Assembly: GCA_964348885.1 (NCBI GenBank)
Contig: CAYGEK010000001.1
Span: 10,255-74,254, forward strand
Source: an uncultured Candidatus Saccharibacteria bacterium
GTDB taxonomy: Bacteria; Patescibacteriota; Minisyncoccia; UBA6257; WO2-44-18
DNA length: 64,000 nucleotides
Direction: 5' to 3'
Shown: piece by piece, positions 48,701 through 57,519 of the stretch
Layout: every line of letters begins with the position of its first letter
How positions within the stretch are numbered: position 1 is the stretch's first letter
Program-made: the position numbers and the translations under genes
The notes under the pieces: model-generated
What the model was told of the DNA's origin: nothing
Seen by the model: the letters and a program-made list of their open reading frames with translations, nothing else
Database searches by the model: none

Positions 48701-48872
48701 GTTCGCGAAAATTGAAGACATGAATGCCGCGATGGAAGTAATCGTCTTTTCCAATACGCTGGAAAAGACCGCCGCCGTTTGGGAGGAAAATAAAGCCGTC
48801 CTTATCGCAGGTAAAATGTCTGACCGCAACGGCGAGATTAAGCTGATTGTAGATAAGGCGGTGGCGCTGTAG
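45732..48872 (+). CDS. dnaE: DNA polymerase III alpha subunit
   Basis: 1046 aa; PHP domain N-terminus (HLHTHSHYSLLDG), polymerase core, C-terminal OB fold; terminator 48908..48935. Confidence 0.95.
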   Translation: MTKFTHLHTHSHYSLLDGLAKIDQLVNRAKELGMDSLALTDHGNLYGAIEFYKTARAAGIKPVLGVESYIMPDPNSTEKYYHMILLCENEVGWKNLLKLMTHAQLEGYYYKPRINKDFLRKNHEGIIALSACISGEVGRNLVNGNYDAAKKAALEYQEIFGKNNFFLELGRHPGIPEVTKTEKGIIQIAKETGIPLAATQDIHYLKKEDQEYHEILLAVQTGGKLDDPDRLSLKDDDFSMTSPERMAEMFPDLPEAVANTQAIADRCNVTIELNKIQLPKFPVPDGKSAMAHLREIISRRIGARYKNVDQVVTDRLEFELGVIEKMGFADYFLIVQDLVNWAKDRGIVVGPGRGSAAGSIVAYILRVTDMDPIKYELLFERFLNPDRIQMPDIDIDITDRRREEVYGYIVEKYGADHVAHIITFGTMAARAAIRDVGRALDISYGFCDQLAKLIPFGQDLEEALQSNPDLSNLYKTNSDAKKILDAAKKMEGIARHASTHACGIVISAKPLTDYLPLQKAPQDPDTIVTQFEMHSVEDLGLLKMDLLGLKNLTIIEDTVRLVKDTRGESIEIDKLPTWDERTAKLLQIGDTTGVFQFESSGMRRYMKEIKPNDLEDLIALVALYRPGPMDLIPSYIARKHGLERVTYLHPKLEPILKPTWGVGIYQEQMMRIARDLAGFTLAEADTLRKAIGKKIKELLDKQQAKLVNGMIANGIAPGTAQAIWDLFPPFARYGFNRSHAACYAWIGYQTAYLKAHYPVELMASLLNADSGDTDRVSFLISECQKMGINVLPPDINKSSLRFTPEGGHIRFGLTGVKNVGENIILAIIEERQKTGPYNNLASLISRVQHKDLNKKSIESLTKCGVLDTLGLDRNLIIQNIDDIVKFHQALKKSNEMSGVSLFAKAPINYNLKLKAAPAATSAEKLIWEKELLGLYVSDHPMNAHKEKLAKMKAIPIKDALLVTSPTVRLVFGGMISTIKKIITKKGQPMLFAKIEDMNAAMEVIVFSNTLEKTAAVWEENKAVLIAGKMSDRNGEIKLIVDKAVAL

Positions 48873-49098
48873 CGGACGGCCGGGCAAATTGCTTCCGGCA
48901 AACAGAATAAATCGGCTCCCGCGGCCGATTTTTCTTCGCCCTCGGCGATTTGCGAGGCACCGAGCCAAATCGCCTGCGGGATGTTGCCAAAAGTAACTTG
49001 CCCGCCGTCCGCTTTATCTTTTGTTGGTTGGGTAATTCGGTAGCTCGCCTTGCGAGCTTTTTAATTTCAATGGATTATCCTATAATCAACCCTATATG

Positions 49099-49221
49099 GA
49101 TCCCGTTAGAAAAGACCGGAATATGAATACCACAATAATCACTGCAGCAATCACATTAAAAGTACGCCGTTGTCGGACGGCCGAATTACGGTCGTCAGAG
49201 ACGACCTTTTTCTAACGGGAT
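49099..49221 (+). promoter_or_regulatory. Structured 5' leader of thrS with a 14-bp long-range helix
   Basis: atcccgttagaaaa (49100..49113) is perfectly complementary to ttttctaacgggat (49208..49221), enclosing internal hairpins (gccgt...acggc; gtcgtc-aga-gacgac). No T-box consensus recognised. Confidence 0.4.
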
Positions 49222-49249
49222 GGAAGAGCAAAAAAAGGAGCAGCCGAAA

Positions 49250-50452
49250 ATGCGGGATCACCGCGAAATTGGACAGATATTGGACCTGTTTTCATTTCAG
49301 GAAATAGCTCCGGGAGCGCCGTTCTGGCACAACAACGGAATGATCATTTTCAAAGAACTGGAGAAATACCTCCGGGAAACGTTGGATAAAGAGGGCTACC
49401 AGGAGATCTCCACGCCAATCATGGTGAAAAAGGACGTGTTCGAAAAATCCGGACACTGGGAGCATTACCGCGAGAATATGTTTTATTTTAATAATCCGCG
49501 CGATGAAAAGGAGCATATGGTCATTAAGCCGATGAACTGCCCCGAGTCCACCTACGTGTATAATTCCGCCATCCGGAGTTATAAAGAACTTCCGCTACGT
49601 CTCGCCGAGATAGGCCGCCTGCACCGTAATGAGCTGTCCGGCACGCTCGGCGGCATGTTCCGAGTCCGTCAGATAACAATGGACGATGCTCACATCTACG
49701 CCCTTCCAAATCAGGTAAAAAAGGAAGTGGTAAATTTTATGGCGATGCTGGATGGTTTTTACGCCATGTTCAATCTGAAGGCGACTTATATTCTGGCTAC
49801 GCGTCCGGAAAAAGCTCTGGGCTCCGTTGAAGATTGGGCGAAAGCGGAAAAATCTCTAACCGAAGCCTTACAAAAAGCCGGTAAAGAATTCACTGTCGCC
49901 AAAGGCGAAGGCGCTTTTTACGGCCCGAAGATCGAGGTTCATCTAAGCGATTCACTCGGACGCGACTGGCAATTAGGCACCGCACAGCTGGATCTCGTGA
50001 TGTTGCCAAAGCAGTTCGAGACCTATTACATCGCCGAGGATGGCTCCAAAAAGTTGCCCTGGGTAATCCATCGAGCGATTTTCGGCTCATTCGAAAGATT
50101 TATCGGCATGCTTTTGGAGCACACGGACGGACACTTGCCGACCTGGCTCTCCCCCGTTCAGGTGGAAGTGATGAGTATCGGCGAAGGCCACATGAAGTAC
50201 GCCGCGCAGATTGCGAAAAAACTGCAGAAAAAAGGCGTCCGAGTTAAGCTGAACACCGCCAACGAAAGTATTGGAAAGAAGATTCGCGAAGCCGAGATTC
50301 ACCGCGTGCCATTTATAGTTGTAACCGGAGATAAAGAAGTAGCCGCCGGTACGGCCAGCGTTCGTCACTGGAAGGACAAGGCCAATCAGGTAATGACCGT
50401 AGCGGAACTGGTTAAAAAAGTTACTAAGGAAATTAAAGAAAAAGCCTACTAG
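49250..50452 (+). CDS. thrS: Threonyl-tRNA synthetase, catalytic plus anticodon-binding domains only (no N-terminal TGS/editing domains)
   Basis: Begins at the class II core (MRDHREIGQILDLF...), with motifs 2 and 3 and a C-terminal anticodon-binding domain. AAGGAG RBS before this ATG; an alternative in-frame ATG at 49220 lies inside the leader helix. Confidence 0.85.
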   Translation: MRDHREIGQILDLFSFQEIAPGAPFWHNNGMIIFKELEKYLRETLDKEGYQEISTPIMVKKDVFEKSGHWEHYRENMFYFNNPRDEKEHMVIKPMNCPESTYVYNSAIRSYKELPLRLAEIGRLHRNELSGTLGGMFRVRQITMDDAHIYALPNQVKKEVVNFMAMLDGFYAMFNLKATYILATRPEKALGSVEDWAKAEKSLTEALQKAGKEFTVAKGEGAFYGPKIEVHLSDSLGRDWQLGTAQLDLVMLPKQFETYYIAEDGSKKLPWVIHRAIFGSFERFIGMLLEHTDGHLPTWLSPVQVEVMSIGEGHMKYAAQIAKKLQKKGVRVKLNTANESIGKKIREAEIHRVPFIVVTGDKEVAAGTASVRHWKDKANQVMTVAELVKKVTKEIKEKAY

Positions 50453-50470
50453 CGTTGCCGCTAATAGGCG

Positions 50471-50923
50471 TTACTCGTCTTTCATTATCGTCTCTATCAG
50501 GCGGTTGTTTACGCAGAAATCCACGCCAACCAGCTTCTTTTTCTTGTCGCCGGCCAGCAAGAAATCAAAGTGCCAACTCTCTCGCTTCGTCAGAACCCGC
50601 CAGCTGCCGTCAACCAGAACGGCGACAATCCAGTTCTCCTGGTCGCCGAGTAATCCCCAGAGCTTTACCAAAGCCTGACCGCTGAAAACACGGATAATCT
50701 CACCGCCGACCAGGCCGTTTTCATGCTCATAGCAATAGCTCTTAGCGAAAAGGTATTCTTCCAATTTTCGCTGTATGGCCCGATCATGTGATGTAACGGA
50801 GCTATCAAGCCGGACGTAGACAATGTCTCGCGTGGCGGGATCAAGATAATGCTCCATCGCATACTCATGGAACCACTCGTCACCGCCGAAATCCGGCGGA
50901 GGCGGCAGCTTTCTTCCGGACAT
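50471..50923 (-). CDS. Hypothetical protein
   Basis: 150 aa; no recognised motif. Confidence 0.45.
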   Translation of the reverse strand: MSGRKLPPPPDFGGDEWFHEYAMEHYLDPATRDIVYVRLDSSVTSHDRAIQRKLEEYLFAKSYCYEHENGLVGGEIIRVFSGQALVKLWGLLGDQENWIVAVLVDGSWRVLTKRESWHFDFLLAGDKKKKLVGVDFCVNNRLIETIMKDE

Positions 50924-50954
50924 ACCGCCTCCTTTCTGATCTTCAAGATACTAG

Positions 50955-52376
50955 TTAAATTATATTCTCCTTGATGACTTTCTTCAAAGCCTCAGGATTA
51001 CCACGGCCTTTGAGAGCAGCCATCGATTTACCTACTAGAAATTGCAGAGCCGCTTCCTTGCCGCTCTTATAATCGGCAATTGCCTTGGGGTTTTCAGCGA
51101 TAACTTTCAAAACCGTCTCTTTCAGAGCACCCTCGTCCGATACCTGGGTCAGGCCGCCTTCCTCAACTATCGCGTTCGGATCCAAGCCCGTCTCAAACAT
51201 TTTCGCCAGCACATCTTTCGTTACGCGGCTGTTGATCTTGCCGGAAGCCGCCAACTGAATCAGGTCGGCAAAATTTTCCGGATCAACTTTCAACGCATCG
51301 AAGCTCACCTCTTTGGCAATCATTAAGCCATTAAGGTCACTCAACAGATAATTGGCCAGTAACTTGGTCTTCTCCGGCAGATTTTCGTTATTATCAGCAG
51401 CCAGCTCGGATACGGCTTCTTCAAAAAATTCTCCCATCCTCCTATCTGCCACCAACTGGTCGATCTGATCAGCGGAAATACCGAATTCTTTAAGAAAACG
51501 GGCGCGTTTGGCCTGCGGAAGTTCGGGAACTGACAACTTCAACTGCTTCAAGTCAAAATGCGCCAAATCCATCGGCGGTAAGTCCGGCTCCGGGAAATAC
51601 CGATAGTCATGGGCATTCTCCTTTGCTCTTTGTGAGAAAGTTCGGCTATGGACATCATCCCATCCTCGCGTTTCCTGCGTAATCTTACCTCCCGACTCCA
51701 ACACCTCCTGCTGACGCTTGGTCTCATATTCAATTGCTCCTTGAACCGCTTTAAAAGAATTGATATTTTTTACCTCAACCTTTGTTCCCATATTAAGGCT
51801 GATATTAGCCTCTACGCGCATCTGACCCTTTTCCATATCCGCATCGGAAACACCGAGATAGCGCAAAATCATCTGCAGTTCCCGAGCGAACGCCACAGCC
51901 TGTTCGGCGCTCCTCACATCGGGCTCAGTCACAAGCTCCATCAAAGGCACGCTGGCTCGGTTATAATCCACATAAGTGCTTTTGCCGTCCTCCGCGTGAA
52001 TTAATCTTCCTGTGTCTTCTTCCAGGTGAATGCGCGTAATTCTGATACCGTTTAATGATCCGCCGAAAATGAGCGGTAGGTCATATTGCGAAATCTGGTA
52101 ACCTTTGGGAAGATCGGGGTAAAAATAATTTTTCCGGTCAAATTTGGAAAACTGCGGGATGTCGCCGTTGACCGCCATACCCACTTTCAGCACGTGCTCA
52201 ACCGCTTTTTTATTAATAGTCGGTAAAGCGCCCGGATGACCAACGCAAACGGGACAGACATTAGTGTTCGGATGCTTTTCCTCGGGATCGTTTAAGGAAT
52301 CGCAGAACATCTTGGTCTTAGTTTTAAGTTCGGCATGGATCTCCAAGCCTATGGTCGGCTGGTATTTCATTTTCAT
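50955..52376 (-). CDS. gatB: Asp-tRNA(Asn)/Glu-tRNA(Gln) amidotransferase subunit B
   Basis: 473 aa; GatB N-terminal pattern (PTIGLEIHAELKTKTKMFC) and C-terminal GatB/YqeY domain. Confidence 0.92.
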   Translation of the reverse strand: MKMKYQPTIGLEIHAELKTKTKMFCDSLNDPEEKHPNTNVCPVCVGHPGALPTINKKAVEHVLKVGMAVNGDIPQFSKFDRKNYFYPDLPKGYQISQYDLPLIFGGSLNGIRITRIHLEEDTGRLIHAEDGKSTYVDYNRASVPLMELVTEPDVRSAEQAVAFARELQMILRYLGVSDADMEKGQMRVEANISLNMGTKVEVKNINSFKAVQGAIEYETKRQQEVLESGGKITQETRGWDDVHSRTFSQRAKENAHDYRYFPEPDLPPMDLAHFDLKQLKLSVPELPQAKRARFLKEFGISADQIDQLVADRRMGEFFEEAVSELAADNNENLPEKTKLLANYLLSDLNGLMIAKEVSFDALKVDPENFADLIQLAASGKINSRVTKDVLAKMFETGLDPNAIVEEGGLTQVSDEGALKETVLKVIAENPKAIADYKSGKEAALQFLVGKSMAALKGRGNPEALKKVIKENII

Positions 52377-52416
52377 TTATTATAGGATTATCTACGGTAA
52401 ATTTAAAGGAGTGCGC

Positions 52417-52596
52417 ATGAGCGCTGACGTGTGTTTCTGGTGCGGAAACGTGAAATGTATGTGCAATCATCTTTTCCTTCCTTATCCTGTCGAACACCAC
52501 ATAACTATGTCCCGGCCAACTCCCAGCCATAAAGCCTTCATAAAACGCGTGTTCGCGAGATTGGAGAAGAAGATGGAAAAGGAGGCGCGCGCGTGA
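52417..52596 (+). CDS. Small Cys-rich protein (hypothetical), translationally coupled to the downstream kinase
   Basis: 59 aa from an ATG with AAAGGAG RBS (MSADVCFWCGNVKCMCNH...); its stop overlaps the GTG start of the next gene. Confidence 0.4.
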   Translation: MSADVCFWCGNVKCMCNHLFLPYPVEHHITMSRPTPSHKAFIKRVFARLEKKMEKEARA

Positions 52597-53141
52597 TAAT
52601 TAGAATCAGCGGAAATCAGGGCTCCGGGAAGACTACGATGGCCCGGAGGTTGGCTGAAAAGCTCGGCTGGCAGTTCTCCTATACGGGAGGCATCTTCCGC
52701 GAGATGGCCCGAGAGGCGGGCCTTGCGATAGAAGAGTTCTACGCCAAAATGAAAGCCGATCCGGAGTTGGAGAAATCCATTGATCGGAAGCAGGAAGCGC
52801 TTATGATGGCCGAAGACAACCTGGTCGTCGACGGGCGGCTCGCCGCCTTTCAGAATACCGTGTTCCCTGCTTTCAATATCTTTCTGAAAGTAGGCCGCCT
52901 GGAAGGCGCCCGTAGGCAGAAGCTCCGTTCGGAAAACCGGCATCGCGAACTGGAAGAAGTCGCGGCCTCGACGGACGAGCGGATGGCTAACGAGCGGGCA
53001 CGCTATAAGGATCTTTACGGCATAGAAGATCACATGGACGAATCGCGGTTCGATTACGTCCTGGATACGACCGAACTTGATGAAGACGCCGTATTCCAGA
53101 GCTGCCTCAGAGCCGTCATGGCAAAAATTAACCCCTTGTAA
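52593..53141 (+). CDS. P-loop nucleoside-monophosphate kinase, cytidylate-kinase-like family
   Basis: Walker A GNQGSGKTT; 182 aa; resembles archaeal-type CMP kinase / AAA-like small kinases. Confidence 0.6.
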   Translation: MIIRISGNQGSGKTTMARRLAEKLGWQFSYTGGIFREMAREAGLAIEEFYAKMKADPELEKSIDRKQEALMMAEDNLVVDGRLAAFQNTVFPAFNIFLKVGRLEGARRQKLRSENRHRELEEVAASTDERMANERARYKDLYGIEDHMDESRFDYVLDTTELDEDAVFQSCLRAVMAKINPL

Positions 53142-53152
53142 AAGGGGTTTTA

Positions 53153-53608
53153 TTATATAAGAAATTTGATTAGCGCCTCGGGTGTAGGCACGAAGTCGTC
53201 GACATATTCGTTAGCAACGGGCTCTTCATACATTTCGTTCGGATAACGGCCGACCATAATCGGCTTTTCAAGAGCGTAGACGATCTTGTCCCGCTCCGCG
53301 GCCGCGACCAGCTCGCCGAACGTGTTGTAACCGATGTAGCGGTTCTTATTAAAGATGAAGCAGACCTGCGCCTTCCGTATCAGGCGATTATGCCGAAGAA
53401 TACTGCCGGCTACGGTGCGTCGATAAGCTTCATGCTTCATGCGCTCCGACTCCGTAAGACTCATCAGCTCCGGCAAAGGATCTCTCTCAAAATGCGGATG
53501 AAAAATCGTGATTGACTGCTCGGGCGGAGTCAGAGCCCGTAAGCGGTCCATGAACTCCAGGAGCTCTTTGGCGAAGCGCTGGCTAGCGCAAAAGATAACC
53601 GATTTCAT
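53153..53608 (-). CDS. Nucleoside 2-deoxyribosyltransferase-like (Rossmann / SLOG-type) protein, paralog 1
   Basis: N-terminal VIFCASQRF and a downstream GYNTFGELVAAAERDKIVYAL segment, resembling the NDT family N-terminal motif and its catalytic-Glu region. Confidence 0.5.
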   Translation of the reverse strand: MKSVIFCASQRFAKELLEFMDRLRALTPPEQSITIFHPHFERDPLPELMSLTESERMKHEAYRRTVAGSILRHNRLIRKAQVCFIFNKNRYIGYNTFGELVAAAERDKIVYALEKPIMVGRYPNEMYEEPVANEYVDDFVPTPEALIKFLI

Positions 53609-53695
53609 TTAGCCTCCTATCAAAAAACTGCTATCGCTTATTATATCGCTTCTGGCGGAAATAAAAAATCGCCCGTTTGCAGACGGGCGATTATT

Positions 53696-54169
53696 TTATC
53701 GTTTAGCGACAAATGTCAGATCGGATAGGAGCGTGTCCTTGTCCCGGCGGAAGAAAAGCATTCTGACCGCCACTACCTTTTTGGATTCGGCCGCTGTGCC
53801 AAATTCAACTTTGAAGGAGACTCGGTAACTGGCGATGGAAAAGACCTCCCATTTCCCGTCCGAGCGCAGAACCGAGAAGTTGCTGAATGTAGGCTTCTCG
53901 TCCTTCATCCCCCAGCATTTGAATCTTGGCTCCTGGTCGAAAAGGCGGTAATTCCAGCCGACACCGAGGCTGTCTTTTTCAAAAGCCTCTACCTTACCGG
54001 CCCACAACGGCATCCTGATATCCGAAGCCTCCGGCTTTGGATAATACATTTCGTTATTTTTCTCCGGCCTGATAAAAATAGAAAGTATCTGCGTAGGAGT
54101 CCAGGTTGAGAAGTCCGGCGGCTTTGCGGATTCCTTAATCAGCGACTCGTCGCTCATTGGCGGCCTCAC
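53696..54169 (-). CDS. Hypothetical protein
   Basis: 157 aa; flanked on both sides by rho-independent terminators. Confidence 0.45.
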   Translation of the reverse strand: MRPPMSDESLIKESAKPPDFSTWTPTQILSIFIRPEKNNEMYYPKPEASDIRMPLWAGKVEAFEKDSLGVGWNYRLFDQEPRFKCWGMKDEKPTFSNFSVLRSDGKWEVFSIASYRVSFKVEFGTAAESKKVVAVRMLFFRRDKDTLLSDLTFVAKR

Positions 54170-54244
54170 AATTCTTATGTAACGTTTCTATCTGCCACTA
54201 TAGAAAAAAACCCCCTGTTTGTACAGGGGGTTTATAGATTCAGG

Positions 54245-54751
54245 TCAGGCGCCGAGCCAGGCCTTGAGCCACCTTTCCCAGAGAAACTCTAGGTCTTCGA
54301 GGGGATCTTTGCCCGGATATGCCAAGGTAAAAACACGCTTCCGGTCTTTTTCGTGCGCGACCGTCATCATCCACTTTTCATTATGAGGCTTGAGAAAAAT
54401 GGTTGGGAGCTTCAAGCCGCCAGCCCAACCAACCTCACCCTGGGTGTTACTTCCTACGTAGCCGGTTTCTTTCTTTTGCCGCCCCTTGCTGAGTGGGTTA
54501 AAGATGAGACAAATACCGCACAAGCTCTTGACCAAGTCCAGGTTGTTGAAATGCGCCCAAACGAGCCCGGGTACCTTATCCCGATAAGATTCGGACTCAA
54601 GGCGCTCCTCTTCGTCCTTCCTGATGTGATCAGTACGATGTCTCTTGAAATCGGGGTAAAAAACCAGCACACCTTTCTTTTCCAAGAAAGCGACAAAAGT
54701 TTCAAGCTCAGGCTTGAAACGCTGAGTGCAGCAAATCACGAGAGGTCTCAT
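54245..54751 (-). CDS. Nucleoside 2-deoxyribosyltransferase-like protein, paralog 2
   Basis: LVICCTQRF ... LIFNPLSKG...GYVGSNTQGEVGWAGG; same architecture as 53153..53608. Confidence 0.5.
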   Translation of the reverse strand: MRPLVICCTQRFKPELETFVAFLEKKGVLVFYPDFKRHRTDHIRKDEEERLESESYRDKVPGLVWAHFNNLDLVKSLCGICLIFNPLSKGRQKKETGYVGSNTQGEVGWAGGLKLPTIFLKPHNEKWMMTVAHEKDRKRVFTLAYPGKDPLEDLEFLWERWLKAWLGA

Positions 54752-54799
54752 AAGCCTCCTCCTTTAAATGTACCAGACCAATCTAAAGAAAAAGCCCCA

Positions 54800-55462
54800 C
54801 TATTGCAAGAGGGGCTTAACAATCCCGTAAATTCTTTCCTGGATGACTTCCGGAGCCAGAATCTCGCCTTCCGGAGCGCACTGGATGACAGCATGGTCAT
54901 CAGGATACTGACCGGCGAGCCAAAGATACGAATCGGCCGCGCGCGCCAGATGCAACGAGTCGGCCTCGTGACCGTCCTTGCCGCGCTTCCGACCGGCCAT
55001 CAATTTCAGCGTCACTTCTATTGGCGCGTACAACAGAACAACCAGGTCTGGCCTGGGAACTTTCAAAACTTCATATTCAAAATCGTAGAGCCAGTGAAGA
55101 AAACTTTGCCTATCCATTTCATCAGCAATCTTACCGCCCTGATGCCCGGCGTTGGAATCCACATAGCGGTCCAGGATAACGTCATGGCCTTGGTCCAAGG
55201 CCGCGTTAATTCTCCTAGCGGCGTCAAAGCGGTCCACGGCGTAAAAAACCGAGGCAATCTTGGGATCAAGCTTGTCCGCCTCGCCGTAAACGCCGGCCAG
55301 GTAGTTCTCCACCAATCCCGCCGATTTTTGGCCGTACTGCGGGAAAGAAGTCGTAAAGATGCATCGCCCATCTCTCCGCAAACGCTCTACCAAAAGACCG
55401 GTTTGCGTTTTTTTGCCGGTGCCGTCAGTACCTTCAATAACAATCAATTTTCCTCGCTTCAT
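54800..55462 (-). CDS. tmk: Thymidylate kinase
   Basis: P-loop IEGTDGTGKKTQ, DRY-like motif DRYVDS, lid region. Start moved to MKRGKLIV. Confidence 0.9.
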   Translation of the reverse strand: MKRGKLIVIEGTDGTGKKTQTGLLVERLRRDGRCIFTTSFPQYGQKSAGLVENYLAGVYGEADKLDPKIASVFYAVDRFDAARRINAALDQGHDVILDRYVDSNAGHQGGKIADEMDRQSFLHWLYDFEYEVLKVPRPDLVVLLYAPIEVTLKLMAGRKRGKDGHEADSLHLARAADSYLWLAGQYPDDHAVIQCAPEGEILAPEVIQERIYGIVKPLLQ

Positions 55463-55530
55463 AGCCTTATTATCCTCCGAAAAGAACTTCCCGCAAAGTA
55501 TCACATGCCGAAAAAAATAAAAAGCGCCCT

Positions 55531-56148
55531 TTATAGGGGCGCCGTTTTCAATTTACCGACAGGAGCATCTTGGAATCGCCAGTCGAAGAGACCGGCGGAG
55601 CGGAGCAGATAGTACCAGACCGGCTCCATGCCCGGATTATTTTCCCAGGAAGCGTAGGCGGCCTTTTCCTCATCCGTGACCGGCCCCGTCTTGGGATGAC
55701 CAAAAATCTTCAGGGTGATTTCGCCGACCTCAAACCACTGAAGTCCGAGTCTGGAAATCGCGAACTCCGTTCTCACGGCGTAATACCGCCACATCTCTTC
55801 ATCGGCCCAGAACGCGCGCTTCGCGTCATCTCCAGCCTTGAAGGCTAGGTGCGGAAGATTCGCGGCGGAAACCAGATAGGTGCGCCAGGCGTGGAACAAC
55901 CCGCCTTCCCGCTTACACGGATTGCTCAAGGTCCCTTCCGAGGCCAGCCTCAACTTGTCACTCGGAATGGTCAGGCCAACTTCTTCACGAACTTCAGTGA
56001 TGGCCATCTCCGGATAATCACCGCCGTCCAGATGGCCGGCCGGGAAAGCCTTGCACCGGGGATAATTGCCCCGGTCAATCATGAGCAAGCGCCGCCGCTT
56101 GTCCATAATTACAACTCCCACGCTTTTGTTGTCGCAGGTCTTACTCAA
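55531..56148 (-). CDS. NUDIX hydrolase
   Basis: Nudix box AGHLDGGDYPEMAITEVREEVGL. Confidence 0.8.
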   Translation of the reverse strand: MSKTCDNKSVGVVIMDKRRRLLMIDRGNYPRCKAFPAGHLDGGDYPEMAITEVREEVGLTIPSDKLRLASEGTLSNPCKREGGLFHAWRTYLVSAANLPHLAFKAGDDAKRAFWADEEMWRYYAVRTEFAISRLGLQWFEVGEITLKIFGHPKTGPVTDEEKAAYASWENNPGMEPVWYYLLRSAGLFDWRFQDAPVGKLKTAPL

Positions 56149-56169
56149 CTGGCCGCCTCCTCTCCTTAT

Positions 56170-56460
56170 CTAGACCGGAACCACAATCTTGCGGAAACCG
56201 CTCTTGCCGTCCGAGCGTGAAACGCGCGGCCTGAATCCACGCCTTTGGCAGTAGTCAAATACTACGGCCGAGATACCTGCCAGCGAACCACCGAAGCCGA
56301 ACGGGCCTCGGACAAAATCGGAGGGCGGGATACTCATTACTTCCAACTCCCGCGCGCCCGATCGCTTTGCCAGATTCACCCGTTCCGCCAATCCTTCAAC
56401 CAAAGACGAGAACGCGGAAGCGCGCCGGTCGGACAAAGAATCGCCCACGAGCCCCTCCAC
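56170..56460 (-). CDS. Hypothetical protein
   Basis: 96-aa ORF, no motif; weak. Confidence 0.3.
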   Translation of the reverse strand: MEGLVGDSLSDRRASAFSSLVEGLAERVNLAKRSGARELEVMSIPPSDFVRGPFGFGGSLAGISAVVFDYCQRRGFRPRVSRSDGKSGFRKIVVPV

Positions 56461-56544
56461 TTATAAATGAACTGAGAAATTATACCAGATAATTGAAATA
56501 AAATCAATACTAGAAACGGAATGAAAAATCCGCCGATTGGCGGA

Positions 56545-56733
56545 TTAGCTGTCTACTGTTGAATCTTTCTTTACTTCCTCGGCTCTTTCTTCAAGCTTAC
56601 AGATACGGAGCCAGGCGCAAAAAAAGATTACAAAGGCCGGAATTATCCAATAAGTCTTACCTTTCGCCGAAAGAAACGCAATCGCCAAAATGAACATCAG
56701 GCTGTTGGCGAATCGGAAGGCGTACCACTTCAT
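56545..56733 (-). CDS. Small membrane protein (hypothetical)
   Basis: 62 aa with two TM helices. A further 55-aa TM ORF can be read at about 56750..56915 (minus). Confidence 0.35.
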   Translation of the reverse strand: MKWYAFRFANSLMFILAIAFLSAKGKTYWIIPAFVIFFCAWLRICKLEERAEEVKKDSTVDS

Positions 56734-56990
56734 CTTAATCTCCTAACTAAACCTCTTACGATCAAGCCAAACTAAAAAAGCAAAGGACGAAAGAGAGATT
56801 AGGATAACAGCAGCCGCACAGGCTAAATAACCGTCATATACGAACCGAATAGCCACTGTAATACCAGGGACTAAGACCAGAAGGTAACGCACGGTGTCAA
56901 TCGGCCTATGCATAGAAACTCCTAGTAGGAACTGCTAGGACTATATAATAAAAATCTCCTGCCGTCAAGCAGGAGATTTTTATAAAGTCA

Positions 56991-57419
56991 TTACTTTTCT
57001 ACTACTTCAATGCCCATATTTCGGGCGGAGCCTTCGATAATGCGCATCGCCGCTTCAATAGAATTGGCATTCAGATCCACCATCTTCTTCTCGGCAATAT
57101 CCCGGATATCCGCCTTGGTAACTTTGCCTACTTTCTTCTTATTCGGCTCACCGGAACCCTTCGGAACGCCGGCCGCTTTACGAAGCAACGCGGAAGCCGG
57201 AGAGGTCTTCAGCTTGAACTCAAACGAACGGTCTTCAAAGATAGTAATCTCGGCGGGAATAATATCCCCCATTTTATCCTTGGTGGCGTCGTTGAATTTC
57301 TTGCAAAAGTCGGCGATGTTGATGCCGTGCTGACCAAGCGCCGGACCGATCGGCGGGGCGGGATTGGCCTTACCGGCCTCTATCTGCAGAATTAATTTAG
57401 CTTTAATTGGTTTAGCCAT
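56991..57419 (-). CDS. rplK: 50S ribosomal protein L11
   Basis: 142 aa; [14 protein letters not shown] motif. Confidence 0.95.
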   Translation of the reverse strand: MAKPIKAKLILQIEAGKANPAPPIGPALGQHGINIADFCKKFNDATKDKMGDIIPAEITIFEDRSFEFKLKTSPASALLRKAAGVPKGSGEPNKKKVGKVTKADIRDIAEKKMVDLNANSIEAAMRIIEGSARNMGIEVVEK

Positions 57420-57519
57420 ATGATTAAGAATTTAGAATAAAGTATATAGGATTTAGGGATTTTTGCAACCCTTCTTTGGCTGCCCCTCTATTCTCAATCC
57501 TAAATACTAAATTCTCGCT

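Noticed and set aside
54353-55612. 419-aa plus-strand ORF
   Set aside because: Spans the antisense strand of the NDT-like and tmk genes and crosses a terminator; no motif, no RBS.
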